Source: Aquifex aeolicus VF5 (GTDB taxonomy: Bacteria > Aquificota > Aquificia > Aquificales > Aquificaceae). From it: a DNA stretch of 32,000 nt. Shown here in pieces: positions 18,313 to 28,397 of this stretch. Position 1 is the first letter of the stretch. Each line of letters starts with the position of its first letter. Made by a program: the position numbers and the translations under genes. The stretch is taken from positions 1,260,001 to 1,292,000 of the forward strand of contig NC_000918.1 of assembly GCF_000008625.1 (NCBI RefSeq). The letters are read 5' to 3'. The notes beneath the pieces are model-generated. The model had not been told where the DNA came from. It did no database searches and worked only from the letters and a program-made list of their open reading frames with translations.

Positions 18313-19044
18313 GTGGAAATACTTCTAATCGCTTCTCTTCTGAGTTTAGGTACTTTCCTTGGCAGTTTTCTTTCTCTGTTTTTCAGGAGTGTGAACGTAG
18401 GTGTGAGTTTAGCCTTTGCGGCGGGTGTTATGCTCGTTGCGAGTTTCACGAGTTTAATACTTCCGGGAATAGAAATCGGCGGTTTCTGGAAAACCGCTAC
18501 TGGTATAGTTCTCGGATTCTTCCTTATGATGCTCGTTGAAGTTTTATCCCCACACGAGCACGTAGTTAAAGGAAAGGAGGGACTGATTAAGAAGGAAAGT
18601 TTAAACCGCTTAATCCTGATAGTTATCGGCATTACGATTCACAACGTGCCTGAAGGGATAAGCGTGGGTGTCGCTACCTCACATTCATGGAATACGGGAT
18701 TTCCTCTGGCAATTGCCATAGCCGTGCAGGACATTCCCGAAGGCTTAGTGGTTTCCCTTCCTCTCATGGTCATGATGAAGAGTACCTTAATCCCGCTAAT
18801 AATTGGTTTTCTCAGCGGTTTTATAGAGTCAATTTTTGCGGTTTTCGGTTACTACCTCATGGAAACCTTTAAAAACCTTCTGCCCTACGGTCTCGGATTT
18901 GGCGGAGGTGCTATGCTATACGTTACCGTAAAAGAGGCTCTACCGGAAATCTACGCTTCGGGAGAGAGGGAAACTAAAATAACGCTTAGTTTCCTGACAG
19001 GTTTCCTGCTTATGCTATTTCTGGATTCCATTGAGATTAAATAA
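18313..19044 (+). CDS. ZIP family metal transporter
   Basis: ITIHNVPEGISVGVA and AIAVQDIPEGLVVSLPL are the paired ZIP metal-binding motifs. GTG at 18313 removes the overlap with hom (track start 18286). Confidence 0.92.
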   Translation: MEILLIASLLSLGTFLGSFLSLFFRSVNVGVSLAFAAGVMLVASFTSLILPGIEIGGFWKTATGIVLGFFLMMLVEVLSPHEHVVKGKEGLIKKESLNRLILIVIGITIHNVPEGISVGVATSHSWNTGFPLAIAIAVQDIPEGLVVSLPLMVMMKSTLIPLIIGFLSGFIESIFAVFGYYLMETFKNLLPYGLGFGGGAMLYVTVKEALPEIYASGERETKITLSFLTGFLLMLFLDSIEIK

Positions 19045-19050
19045 TTCCTT

Positions 19051-20328
<1,278 letters not shown>

Positions 20329-20344
20329 CTATTAAAATAACTCT

Positions 20345-21196
20345 ATGCAAAACGCCATACTTCTCGTATCCTGCCCAGATAGGAAGGGACTCGTAAAGGA
20401 AATTTCCTCCTTTATAGCGGACAACGGGGGAAACATAGTCAGCTTTGACCAGCACATAGACGAGCAGACGAAAACCTTCCTTGCAAGGGTGGAGTGGAGT
20501 CTCGAGGATTTTAAAATCCCAAGAGAAAAAATTGAAAATGAGTTTAAAAAAGTTGCCCAAAAGTTTTCTATGAATTTCCAAATTAGTTTTTCCGATTACG
20601 TTAAAAAGGTTGCCATTTTCGTTTCAAAACAGGAGCACTGCTTTTACGACCTAATGCACAGATTTTACTCGGGAGAGCTAAAGGGGGAGGTGAAGCTCGT
20701 TATAAGTAACCACGAAAAGGCGAGGAAAACAGCGGAGTTCTTCGGCGTTCCCTTTTACCACATTCCGAAAACCAAGGAGAATAAACTTGAGGCTGAAAAG
20801 AGAGAGCTTGAGCTTTTAAAGGAGTACGGTGTTGAACTTGTAGTTCTCGCAAGGTACATGCAAATTCTTTCCCCTAAATTCGTAAAGGAGTATGAAAACA
20901 AGATAATAAACATACACCATTCCTTCCTGCCAGCCTTTCCAGGGGCAAAACCCTACGAGAGAGCTTTCGGGAAAGGCGTGAAGATTATAGGTGCTACCGC
21001 CCATTACGTTACGGAGGAGCTGGACGAAGGCCCCATAATAGAGCAGGACGTGGTTCGTGTAAGCCACAAGGACAGTCTTGAGGACTTCATAAGAAAGGGG
21101 AAGGACATAGAAAAAGTAGTTCTCGCAAGGGCGGTAAAGTGGCACCTTGAGGACAAGATACTCGTCTACAATGGAAAGACAGTAGTTTTTGAATGA
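20345..21196 (+). CDS. purU: Formyltetrahydrofolate deformylase
   Basis: 283 aa; N-terminal ACT domain (LVSCPDRKGLVKEISSFI), IINIHHSFLPAFPGAKPYERAFGKGVKIIGATAHYVTEELDEGPIIEQD. Confidence 0.95.
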   Translation: MQNAILLVSCPDRKGLVKEISSFIADNGGNIVSFDQHIDEQTKTFLARVEWSLEDFKIPREKIENEFKKVAQKFSMNFQISFSDYVKKVAIFVSKQEHCFYDLMHRFYSGELKGEVKLVISNHEKARKTAEFFGVPFYHIPKTKENKLEAEKRELELLKEYGVELVVLARYMQILSPKFVKEYENKIINIHHSFLPAFPGAKPYERAFGKGVKIIGATAHYVTEELDEGPIIEQDVVRVSHKDSLEDFIRKGKDIEKVVLARAVKWHLEDKILVYNGKTVVFE

Positions 21197-21206
21197 AAAT
21201 TTAATT

Positions 21207-22484
21207 ATGAAGATAATTCTACTTTCACTCTTCTGGGTATTCTTTTCCTTCGGAAAGATATTCGTAGCCCAGTGGGAAGGCCCCATAACGCCCACTACCG
21301 CTGACTACGTTGAAAGGACTATACAGAAAGCACAGAAGGAAGGGGGAACGCTGTACATACTTCTCTTAAACACTCCCGGCGGACTTGTGGAGAGTATGAG
21401 GAAGATAATTCAGAGTTTCGAGACCGCTCCCTTTCCCATAGTAGTTTATGTTTATCCGCCGGGCGGGAGAGCTGCTTCAGCAGGGGCAATTATAACTATA
21501 GCCGCGGACATAGCCGCGATGGCCCCGGGCACCAATATAGGCGCGGCACACCCGGTCCTTGCAACACCGCAGGGTCGCGAAAAAAAGGAAAAGGGAAAGG
21601 ACGTTATGATGGAAAAGGTACTACAGGACATGCTCGCCTTCGTAAGAGCCATAGCCAAAGAAAAGGGAAGAAACGTAAAAGTAGTTGAAAAGATGGTAAA
21701 GGAGAGTCTTTCCCTTTCTGCGGAAGAAGCTCTGAAAAAGGGAGTAATAGACCTGATAGCGTATAACCTTGAGGACTTACTCACGAAACTAGAGGGTAAA
21801 AAAGTTAAAAAACTTAACGCGGTTTACGAAATAAGAACAAAGGGCAAAGAAGTAGTGTTTTTAAAACCGAGTCTGAGAGAAGAATTTCTGAAAATCATTA
21901 CAAATCCGACAGTGGCTTACCTCCTGCTCATGCTTGGATTTTACGGAATATTCTTCGAACTTTACAACCCTGGTGCCATAATCCCCGGTGTTCTGGGGGC
22001 TATATGTCTGCTCCTCGGTCTGTACGGTCTGAGCGTTATATCTATAAACTGGCTTGCCTTATTGCTTATAGTCCTCGGGATACTCTTTTTTGTCCTTGAA
22101 CTCCTTACTCCAACTTTCGGGGCCCTTGCCCTCGGAGGTGCTATTTCCATACTCCTAGGCTCACTTTTCCTCGTAGAAGAGGGTTCACCGTACGGAGAAA
22201 TCCCAAAGCAATTAATAATCAGTGTTTCCATTTTTAGTGCCATTTTCTTCCTCGGGGTAGGTTATCTTGGCTTGAAGGCTCAAAAGAGGAAGAAGCTCAC
22301 GGGAATTGAGGGGATGATAGGAGAAGAGGGAGAGGCTATTGTAGACTTTAAAAACGGGAGGGGAAAGGTATTCGTTCACGGGGAGATATGGGACGCTGTA
22401 TCGGAGGACGATATAAAGAAAGGGGATACGGTTAAAGTAGTAGGCGCTAAAGGTCTTAAATTAATCGTTAAGAAATCTTCGTGA
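21207..22484 (+). CDS. Long-form NfeD protein (ClpP-like serine protease domain plus membrane NfeD domain)
   Basis: Track start 21189 is TTG overlapping purU; ATG at 21207 gives signal-like MKIILLSLFW. LLNTPGGLVESMRKI, PPGGRAASAGAIITIAADIAAMAPGTNIGAAHPV, C-terminal NfeD/OB-like region. Confidence 0.92.
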   Translation: MKIILLSLFWVFFSFGKIFVAQWEGPITPTTADYVERTIQKAQKEGGTLYILLLNTPGGLVESMRKIIQSFETAPFPIVVYVYPPGGRAASAGAIITIAADIAAMAPGTNIGAAHPVLATPQGREKKEKGKDVMMEKVLQDMLAFVRAIAKEKGRNVKVVEKMVKESLSLSAEEALKKGVIDLIAYNLEDLLTKLEGKKVKKLNAVYEIRTKGKEVVFLKPSLREEFLKIITNPTVAYLLLMLGFYGIFFELYNPGAIIPGVLGAICLLLGLYGLSVISINWLALLLIVLGILFFVLELLTPTFGALALGGAISILLGSLFLVEEGSPYGEIPKQLIISVSIFSAIFFLGVGYLGLKAQKRKKLTGIEGMIGEEGEAIVDFKNGRGKVFVHGEIWDAVSEDDIKKGDTVKVVGAKGLKLIVKKSS

Positions 22485-22505
22485 AAGGGCTATATTTATT
22501 CCTTA

Positions 22506-22994
22506 ATGGAACTGGATCTCATAAGTTACGAACTTGACGAGAAAACTAAGGAAGGAATAGAGAAGGTTGTTGAGAAGTTCTTTACTAAAGCTGAACCAGA
22601 TTTAGTGCTCATATTTGACAAAGCAGGCAGGATACTCGCCTGTAAGGGGATGGATATCTCCGATACTTACTCCGAGTTCATATCAAGTATTCTCAGTGCT
22701 CTGTTCTTCGCCTCCGAAGAACTCACATCGATGCTGGACAAAAACGACGAGATGAAGGACGTGTTTTACGAGACAAAAAACAGGGTGTTTTTAATGGCAA
22801 GACTTGAAAAAGACTTCCTTATCGGAGTAATATCGAGGAAAAACCTATCTCTGGGAAGTATCAGACTCTTTTTCAATCACCTTGTGTCCGACCTCAACGC
22901 AGTTCTTAAAAACCTTAAAGAAGTAGAAAAGAAGAGTCTTAAAATTTCTAAGGAAGAGTTGAAGAAGAAACTGGATCAGATTCTGGGAAGCTGA
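22506..22994 (+). CDS. Roadblock/LC7 (MglB-like) family protein
   Basis: 162 aa; DLVLIFDKAGRILACKGMDI...SALFFASEELTSML...FLIGVISRKNLSLGSIRLFF follows the roadblock sequence pattern; immediately upstream of an MglA-type GTPase. Confidence 0.75.
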   Translation: MELDLISYELDEKTKEGIEKVVEKFFTKAEPDLVLIFDKAGRILACKGMDISDTYSEFISSILSALFFASEELTSMLDKNDEMKDVFYETKNRVFLMARLEKDFLIGVISRKNLSLGSIRLFFNHLVSDLNAVLKNLKEVEKKSLKISKEELKKKLDQILGS

Positions 22995-22995
22995 A

Positions 22996-23421
22996 ATGAA
23001 GCTGAAAATAGTGTTCTTCGGTGCAAGTCTTGCAGGTAAGAGTACCACGGTGAGAAAGCTTTACGAGATTTTAAAGGAAAAGGGACTAGTAAAGGGAGAG
23101 TTTATGAGTATAGACACCGACGAAAAAAGGACACTCTTTGTGGAAATGTTCCTCAGTAAGATTCCTATAGACGGTCAGGAAATAGACTTTAAAATCCTCA
23201 CCACTCCCGGGCAGTTCAGACTTCACCCCCTCAGAAAGGCAATAATGCAGGGGGTGGACGGTCTTGTGTTTACCGTCGACTCTCAAACGGGAAGGGAAGA
23301 AATAAACTTTCTCGTTCTTCGTGAAACGGCACACGTGCTTAAGGACTCAACATGGATCTATACTCAATACCCGTCGTTGTTCAGTACAACAAGAGAGATC
23401 TTCCCGACGCACTTCCCATAG
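22996..23421 (+). CDS. MglA-type small GTPase, N-terminal part (apparent frameshift near 23343)
   Basis: FFGASLAGKSTTVRKLYEIL (G1), ILTTPGQFRLHPLRKAIMQGVDGLVFTVDSQTGREE (G3). After HVLKD the frame loses similarity. Confidence 0.88.
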   Translation: MKLKIVFFGASLAGKSTTVRKLYEILKEKGLVKGEFMSIDTDEKRTLFVEMFLSKIPIDGQEIDFKILTTPGQFRLHPLRKAIMQGVDGLVFTVDSQTGREEINFLVLRETAHVLKDSTWIYTQYPSLFSTTREIFPTHFP

Positions 23422-23564
23422 ACGAACTCCAGCCTATATGTAATCCTTGGGACGCACCCTATACGGAAACCGTAGCCACAGAAGGAAAAGGTGTGCTCGA
23501 AACCTTTAAACTAATAGTGGAGAGGGTTCTGGAGAGGGATGTGGAAAGAGAAGGTAAGAGATAA
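23352..23564 (+). CDS. MglA-type small GTPase, C-terminal part
   Basis: MDLYSIPVVVQYNKRDLPDALPIDELQ...ATEGKGVLETFKLI (G4 NKRD, G5-like). The frame is open from 23343 (GGA CTC AAC ATG...). Confidence 0.85.
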   Translation: MDLYSIPVVVQYNKRDLPDALPIDELQPICNPWDAPYTETVATEGKGVLETFKLIVERVLERDVEREGKR

Positions 23565-24606
23565 CATCCTCGGTGAAGTTATCGACTGGAAGGCTTTAAT
23601 AGATTCCTTAAAAAAGGAAAGGTTTACAGGCTACATAAAAGTAGAGAGTTGGGATGAAACGGATTACGTGATACTCGCTGAAGGGAGTGTAAAGAAAATC
23701 GTAAGACATAAGGATAATAAGAAAACCTTTCTGGATACCTCAAATTACACACCCTCTTCGGAGAGTAAGATATCCGTTTACAAATCCTCACCTCTCACGA
23801 CTGCACACATATGCAAAGACTTAAATTTCTTTGAATACCAGACGCTCAGTTTATCGGGTTACGGGGAAGAAATATTCCACTCGGAATTGAATTTAGTGAA
23901 TCCCGAAAAGCTGGAGACCTTCTTCCAGAAAGTTAACCTTAACGGTTACGCTGTGATCTACACGTACACCAGCATTTACTGTAACGTTTTCCTGCTCCAG
24001 GGACATTTGGTAGGAATAAACGGTGGAAACACATGGGATAGTGAAGTTCCTTCACAAAAGGATTTATGGCAGGGAAAAGTCTTTTTATCCGCCTATTTCA
24101 TAGAGCCCGACGAAGTACTTCTTCTCATTTCCCTTAAAAGGGGCTTTAAAGAAAAGAATGAACTTAATGGAAACGGGTTTTTCGTGAACGGAAATTACGT
24201 AGGCTTTGTGGAAAACGGAAACATCAAGAAAGGTTTATTAATCCTTCCTGAGGAAATAGTGGAAACGCAGGAAGTAAAAGGAGAAAAGTTTCTGGAAGTG
24301 AACCTGATAGAAAATCCCGAAAGGCTTGAAATTTCTTTTAAAGACCTCATACCTAAGGAGGAAAAGAAAATCAAACCAGACGTACCCTTAAAGGTAAGAG
24401 AGATATTCCTCGACTACATAGGGCCGGTGGGTAAGATTTTGTGGGACAAGGTACTGCAGGAACTCGACATAAGCCCGGAGGAGTTTACACATCCTACGTT
24501 CAGGATGTTTATAAACAGACTTGCTCAAGAGATACCCGAAGAAGATCTCAGTAAAGAGTTCTTAAATAAAGCCTGGGAGGTTCTGGATGAAAGCACTTCT
24601 ACCTAA
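23539..24606 (+). CDS. DUF4388/PATAN-like GTPase-associated protein, unknown function
   Basis: 355 aa; N-terminal LIDSLKKERFTGYIKVES...VILAEGSVKKI resembles DUF4388-type domains. C-terminal VREIFLDYIGPVGKILWDKVLQEL...DLSKEFLNKAWEVL helical domain. Confidence 0.6.
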   Translation: MWKEKVRDNILGEVIDWKALIDSLKKERFTGYIKVESWDETDYVILAEGSVKKIVRHKDNKKTFLDTSNYTPSSESKISVYKSSPLTTAHICKDLNFFEYQTLSLSGYGEEIFHSELNLVNPEKLETFFQKVNLNGYAVIYTYTSIYCNVFLLQGHLVGINGGNTWDSEVPSQKDLWQGKVFLSAYFIEPDEVLLLISLKRGFKEKNELNGNGFFVNGNYVGFVENGNIKKGLLILPEEIVETQEVKGEKFLEVNLIENPERLEISFKDLIPKEEKKIKPDVPLKVREIFLDYIGPVGKILWDKVLQELDISPEEFTHPTFRMFINRLAQEIPEEDLSKEFLNKAWEVLDESTST

Positions 24607-25486
24607 ATCCATTAAAGGTAAAGTGAGCTTAATTATCGGTTCTATCGCGGTTGCGAGCGGACTGATAACGGGTTTTTACACCTATAACGAAGAAGTAAAA
24701 AAAGCCAAGGAAGTGTCCAAGGAAAAGGTGAGGTTGACTCTTGCCTTTTCAAAGTCTATCAGAGGTTATGTGAGAGAAACACTTAGACCCAAAATATACG
24801 AGCTGATGAACGAGTACAAGTGTATTAAGGAAGACTTCATACTGGAAGCTCAATCCTCTTCCTTCTTGACTTCGAACATTTTCAGAAGTGTAAGCAGAGA
24901 GTTTCAGGGGTTGACTTTAAGGCAAGTGGCTTTCAAACCTTTAAATCCAAAGAACGAACCGACTCCCGTTGAGCAGAAGATAATAGAGTACTTCAGGAAA
25001 ACTAAAGCACCTGAGTACACGGAAATCGTTAACATAAACAACTACAGGTATTTGGTCTCAGCTTTTCCGGTTAAAGTAGAGGCTTCCTGTCTCATGTGCC
25101 ACGGAAAAGTGGAAAATATGCCAAAAGCTGTAAAAGCTATATATAAACCCAAAGAGGACCCGAACTGGAAAGTTGACGAGATACAGGGAGGAATTTTCGT
25201 ATACGAACCCTACGAGGCTACACTTTTGAGGGCACAACTGAGCGGTCTCATAAAGGGAGGAACTATATTCTTCGTAAACATACTCGTTCTCGGTATCATA
25301 CTCTGGATACTAAACCGCTACGTTTTCAGCCCTATAAACGTTCTCAAGGAACACGCGGATAAGATAAGCAAGGGTGAAATAGATGACAGGATACCTGTAA
25401 AGGGAGAAGACGAGATAGGAGAACTCGCAAAGGCTTTTGAGAGAATGAGGATAAGCATAAAGAAAGTTATGGATCTACTCAAGTGA
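24587..25486 (+). CDS. Membrane c-type-haem sensor-like protein (DUF3365/Tll0287-like domain plus HAMP), no output domain
   Basis: 299 aa; N-terminal TM, periplasmic region with CLMCHGK haem-binding site (C168/C171/H172), second TM, HAMP domain (PINVLKEHADKISKGEIDDRIPVKGEDEIGELAKAFERM), then stop. Confidence 0.87.
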   Translation: MKALLPKSIKGKVSLIIGSIAVASGLITGFYTYNEEVKKAKEVSKEKVRLTLAFSKSIRGYVRETLRPKIYELMNEYKCIKEDFILEAQSSSFLTSNIFRSVSREFQGLTLRQVAFKPLNPKNEPTPVEQKIIEYFRKTKAPEYTEIVNINNYRYLVSAFPVKVEASCLMCHGKVENMPKAVKAIYKPKEDPNWKVDEIQGGIFVYEPYEATLLRAQLSGLIKGGTIFFVNILVLGIILWILNRYVFSPINVLKEHADKISKGEIDDRIPVKGEDEIGELAKAFERMRISIKKVMDLLK

Positions 25487-25711
25487 TCTGATAACCTCTT
25501 CTAGGAAGCCCTCCGCTTCCTTCAGAGCTTCGTCACTTCCCTTTAGCTTCGTGTACAGCTCAAGAACTTCCCTTCCTCTGCTGTCGGCAATAAGGGGATA
25601 AATCATCCTAAGCAGAATCATAAGCTCCTTCTTCCTCTCTTCTCCGTTTTTAGATTTGATATTTTCCCACCTTTTCTTTATCAGGCTCACTTCTGTCTTT
25701 CTGATGTCCAT
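25475..25711 (-). CDS. Small hypothetical protein
   Basis: 78 aa from MDIRKTEVSLIKKRWENI. The track start at 25783 would overlap alr; 25711 avoids it. Confidence 0.5.
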   Translation of the reverse strand: MDIRKTEVSLIKKRWENIKSKNGEERKKELMILLRMIYPLIADSRGREVLELYTKLKGSDEALKEAEGFLEEVIRSLE

Positions 25712-25738
25712 AGGGAAAATTTTAAAATACTTGAGGTA

Positions 25739-26755
25739 ATGCCCAGAGCTATTCTGGAGATAAACAGTGAAAGGATAAGACACAACGTCAAGAAGTTATC
25801 GGAGTTTTCCGGGAAAAAGGTTATAGCGGTTATAAAGGCGGACGCCTACGGTATAGGTTCTATACAAATGGCAAAAATACTAGAGCCTATTGAAGAAGTG
25901 GACGCTTTCGCGGTAGCCTGCGTTGAAGAGGGGGTTGAACTCAGGAAAATGGGAATAAAAAAGGAAATACTCATACTGGGAGGAGTACTGAAGGATGAAG
26001 TCCCTTTAGTAGAGGAGTACTTCCTTACCCCCGTTGTTTCGGATATTGAGCACCTGAGAGCTATAGGAAACAGGGATATAAAGTTTCACGTAAAGTACGA
26101 CACGGGAATGGGAAGACTTGGGTTTTTGAACGAAGTTATACACGACCCGAGGGTGGAAGGGATAATGAGTCACCTCTCGAGCCCGGCGGACGAAGAATTT
26201 TCCAAACTCCAGATAAAGAAGTTTGAGGAGATAGTTAAGAAGTACACAAAAGTTGAGAAAATCCACATGGAGAGTTCAGCAGGTGTTGTGTACAGAGTGC
26301 CTTTTACCACTCACATAAGGGTAGGGCTTGCAATGTACGGCGAAAAACCCCTGAAGAATTACCCCGTTGATATAAAACCCGCACTCACTCTTAAAGCTAA
26401 GTTAATATCCGTAAAGGAACTTCCTGAAAATTATCCGGTATCTTACAGCAGGACGTACGTAACTAAGAAAAAAACGAAAACAGGTGTAGTTGCCTTCGGG
26501 TACGCGGACGGACTCATGAAAACACTGTCCAACAGGAGTTATTTGCTTTATAAGGGAGAAAAGCTACCAATTTTCGGGAACATTACCATGGACATGACAA
26601 TAGTGGACCTGAAAAATACGGACGCAAAGGTAGGGGATTGGGTTTACGTGGTAAACGAAGAAAGAACCTTTACGGAACTTGCAAGAGAAGCGGGAACGAT
26701 ACCCTATGAGCTCATGTGCAACTTATCAAAAAGGATTAAAAGAGTCGTAGTGTAG
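25739..26755 (+). CDS. alr: Alanine racemase
   Basis: 338 aa; KVIAVIKADAYGIGSI (PLP lysine), KYDTGMGRLGF, HMESSAGV, IRVGLAMYGEKP, ITMDMTIVD. Confidence 0.96.
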   Translation: MPRAILEINSERIRHNVKKLSEFSGKKVIAVIKADAYGIGSIQMAKILEPIEEVDAFAVACVEEGVELRKMGIKKEILILGGVLKDEVPLVEEYFLTPVVSDIEHLRAIGNRDIKFHVKYDTGMGRLGFLNEVIHDPRVEGIMSHLSSPADEEFSKLQIKKFEEIVKKYTKVEKIHMESSAGVVYRVPFTTHIRVGLAMYGEKPLKNYPVDIKPALTLKAKLISVKELPENYPVSYSRTYVTKKKTKTGVVAFGYADGLMKTLSNRSYLLYKGEKLPIFGNITMDMTIVDLKNTDAKVGDWVYVVNEERTFTELAREAGTIPYELMCNLSKRIKRVVV

Positions 26756-27396
26756 ATTAAAGTAAATAGAGCCACAAATAAAAAGTAAATTTTTAGTTTC
26801 TTACTCCCGAATATAATCGCGTATCCAGACTTAAATAAATTGTTGGACATAACCGCGAGGAGTATCCCCATCGCCGCAACGTCTACGCCTATTTCCCCCT
26901 TATCGGAAAGTCTCGCGAGGAGCAGTGTAATTGCGTCTATGTCCATTATTCCAGATAAAAAACTCAAGACGTAAATTCCCTCGTCACCAAAGTGAGTCTT
27001 CAAATAGTGAGAAATAACGCTTATAGTGGAGTAAATTAAACCGAAGGTAAAAGCCTGAGAGAGGGAAAAGGGATTTTTTATTGACATGCTCCCACCTTCC
27101 TCGTGGTTCTTGTTACCTTTCAAGTACAAAAATATTGCAAACATAAGCAATAAGGCAAAATACGGAAGGAGTAATAGGACGAGTTTATAAATCATTCCCT
27201 CAAATATGATGAAGGTGTAAAAGATAACCCTGAAAAACATAACGAGCCAGGAAAGGATTATTGAAAAGAAGAATAGTTCCGAGAGGTATGAGAATTTTCT
27301 TGAGAGATTAGAAAAAGCCATAGTTACCGCGGTACTGGAAGGGATACCGCCGATGAGTGCTGTGAGGATTAAACTTCCTGTTCCTTTGTACTTCAA
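26704..27396 (-). CDS. C-terminal DUF4010 part of an MgtC-DUF4010 membrane protein
   Basis: GSLILTALIGGIPSSTAVTMAFSNLSRK...SGIMDIDAITLLLARLSDKG. The frame is open upstream past 27540, encoding ...EDVITVLKFFTISFVVFPLLPDREIIRGLNPSEVWKFVILVSSVDFVGYFLLKYKGTGS. Confidence 0.85.
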   Translation of the reverse strand: MKYKGTGSLILTALIGGIPSSTAVTMAFSNLSRKFSYLSELFFFSIILSWLVMFFRVIFYTFIIFEGMIYKLVLLLLPYFALLLMFAIFLYLKGNKNHEEGGSMSIKNPFSLSQAFTFGLIYSTISVISHYLKTHFGDEGIYVLSFLSGIMDIDAITLLLARLSDKGEIGVDVAAMGILLAVMSNNLFKSGYAIIFGSKKLKIYFLFVALFTLIYTTTLLILFDKLHMSS

Positions 27397-27539
27397 AAGG
27401 AAGTAACCTACAAAGTCAACCGAGGAAACGAGTATAACGAACTTCCAGACTTCTGAAGGATTTAAACCTCTAATTATTTCTCTGTCCGGAAGCAGGGGAA
27501 AGACTACGAAGGAAATTGTAAAGAACTTAAGAACGGTAA

Positions 27540-27965
27540 TTACGTCCTCTCGTCCAGTCTTTTTGCGAGGTTCTCCATACTGTCTCTGAGGACGAGGATA
27601 AAAGTCGTAAGGATTGTGGTAACAACGGCCAAGTAGTACTCGCCTGCAGAAACAAGTAGACCTACTATAAATGTAATCAACGCGGAAACTTCGGTGGTTA
27701 TACCCATACTTCTGTCCTTCCAGTAACTAATGGACGCAAGGATTATAAGCCCAAGAAAACTCAAGAAAACGTAAGGAAATTCCCTGTAAAGGAAACCCGA
27801 AAGTGTTCCCAGAACCGCTATCAAAGGGAATGTCCTTATTCCCGCGAAGATGTCGTGTCCGAATTTAGCCCTTATCTCCCTTTCAAGTCCGATAATAAGT
27901 CCGAGGAAAGCAGAAAAAACGATTTTAAATTCGGGGGAGGCGGAGAACTCCTTAAAAAAATCCAT
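27540..27965 (-). CDS. N-terminal MgtC part of an MgtC-DUF4010 membrane protein (apparent frameshift)
   Basis: FLGLIIGLEREIRAKFGHDIFAGIRTFPLIAVLGTLSGFL typical MgtC/SapB N-domain; interrupted after AKRLDER. Confidence 0.87.
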   Translation of the reverse strand: MDFFKEFSASPEFKIVFSAFLGLIIGLEREIRAKFGHDIFAGIRTFPLIAVLGTLSGFLYREFPYVFLSFLGLIILASISYWKDRSMGITTEVSALITFIVGLLVSAGEYYLAVVTTILTTFILVLRDSMENLAKRLDERT

Positions 27966-28373
27966 TTACCTTATATATGTAATTATCATCACTATTAAGG
28001 TTCCGAGGATTAGGTTTATGCTGACAAAAACAGGTATAGAAGAAAACAACCTTTTCCTGTAGAGGTAAAGGTGTATGTAGATGAATATTAAGGTCATTAT
28101 TCCGAAGAGAAAGAGCTTAAAGTGAAAGAGTGGGTTCTGGGAAAAGTCCTTCCTGTAGCCGTGCCAGAGTGCCATTCCCGTGGTGAAAAGAACTATTATC
28201 GCGAGCCAGACTACTAAGAAAAACCTTCCGAGTGTCCTTTGAGCTACCTCTTTCCTGCAGTCCTCAGAAGCACTCCTGAGTGCGGGGGTTAAAAACAGAA
28301 CGTTGAAGAACATACCCCCTATCCAGACTATTGCAAAAAATATATGTAAAAAGAGATAGGCTTTGTAATCCAT
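27966..28373 (-). CDS. CopD-like / DUF4149-like small membrane protein
   Basis: 135 aa; YLFLHIFFAIVWIGGMFFNVLFLTPAL and four hydrophobic segments. Confidence 0.65.
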   Translation of the reverse strand: MDYKAYLFLHIFFAIVWIGGMFFNVLFLTPALRSASEDCRKEVAQRTLGRFFLVVWLAIIVLFTTGMALWHGYRKDFSQNPLFHFKLFLFGIMTLIFIYIHLYLYRKRLFSSIPVFVSINLILGTLIVMIITYIR

Positions 28374-28397
28374 CCCACCACCTCCAAGATAAAAAGC

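Noticed and set aside
18234-18632. 132-aa minus-strand ORF over hom/ZIP transporter
   Set aside because: Antisense to two confidently identified genes.
20816-21295. 159-aa minus-strand ORF over purU/nfeD
   Set aside because: Antisense to two well-supported genes; no recognisable domain.
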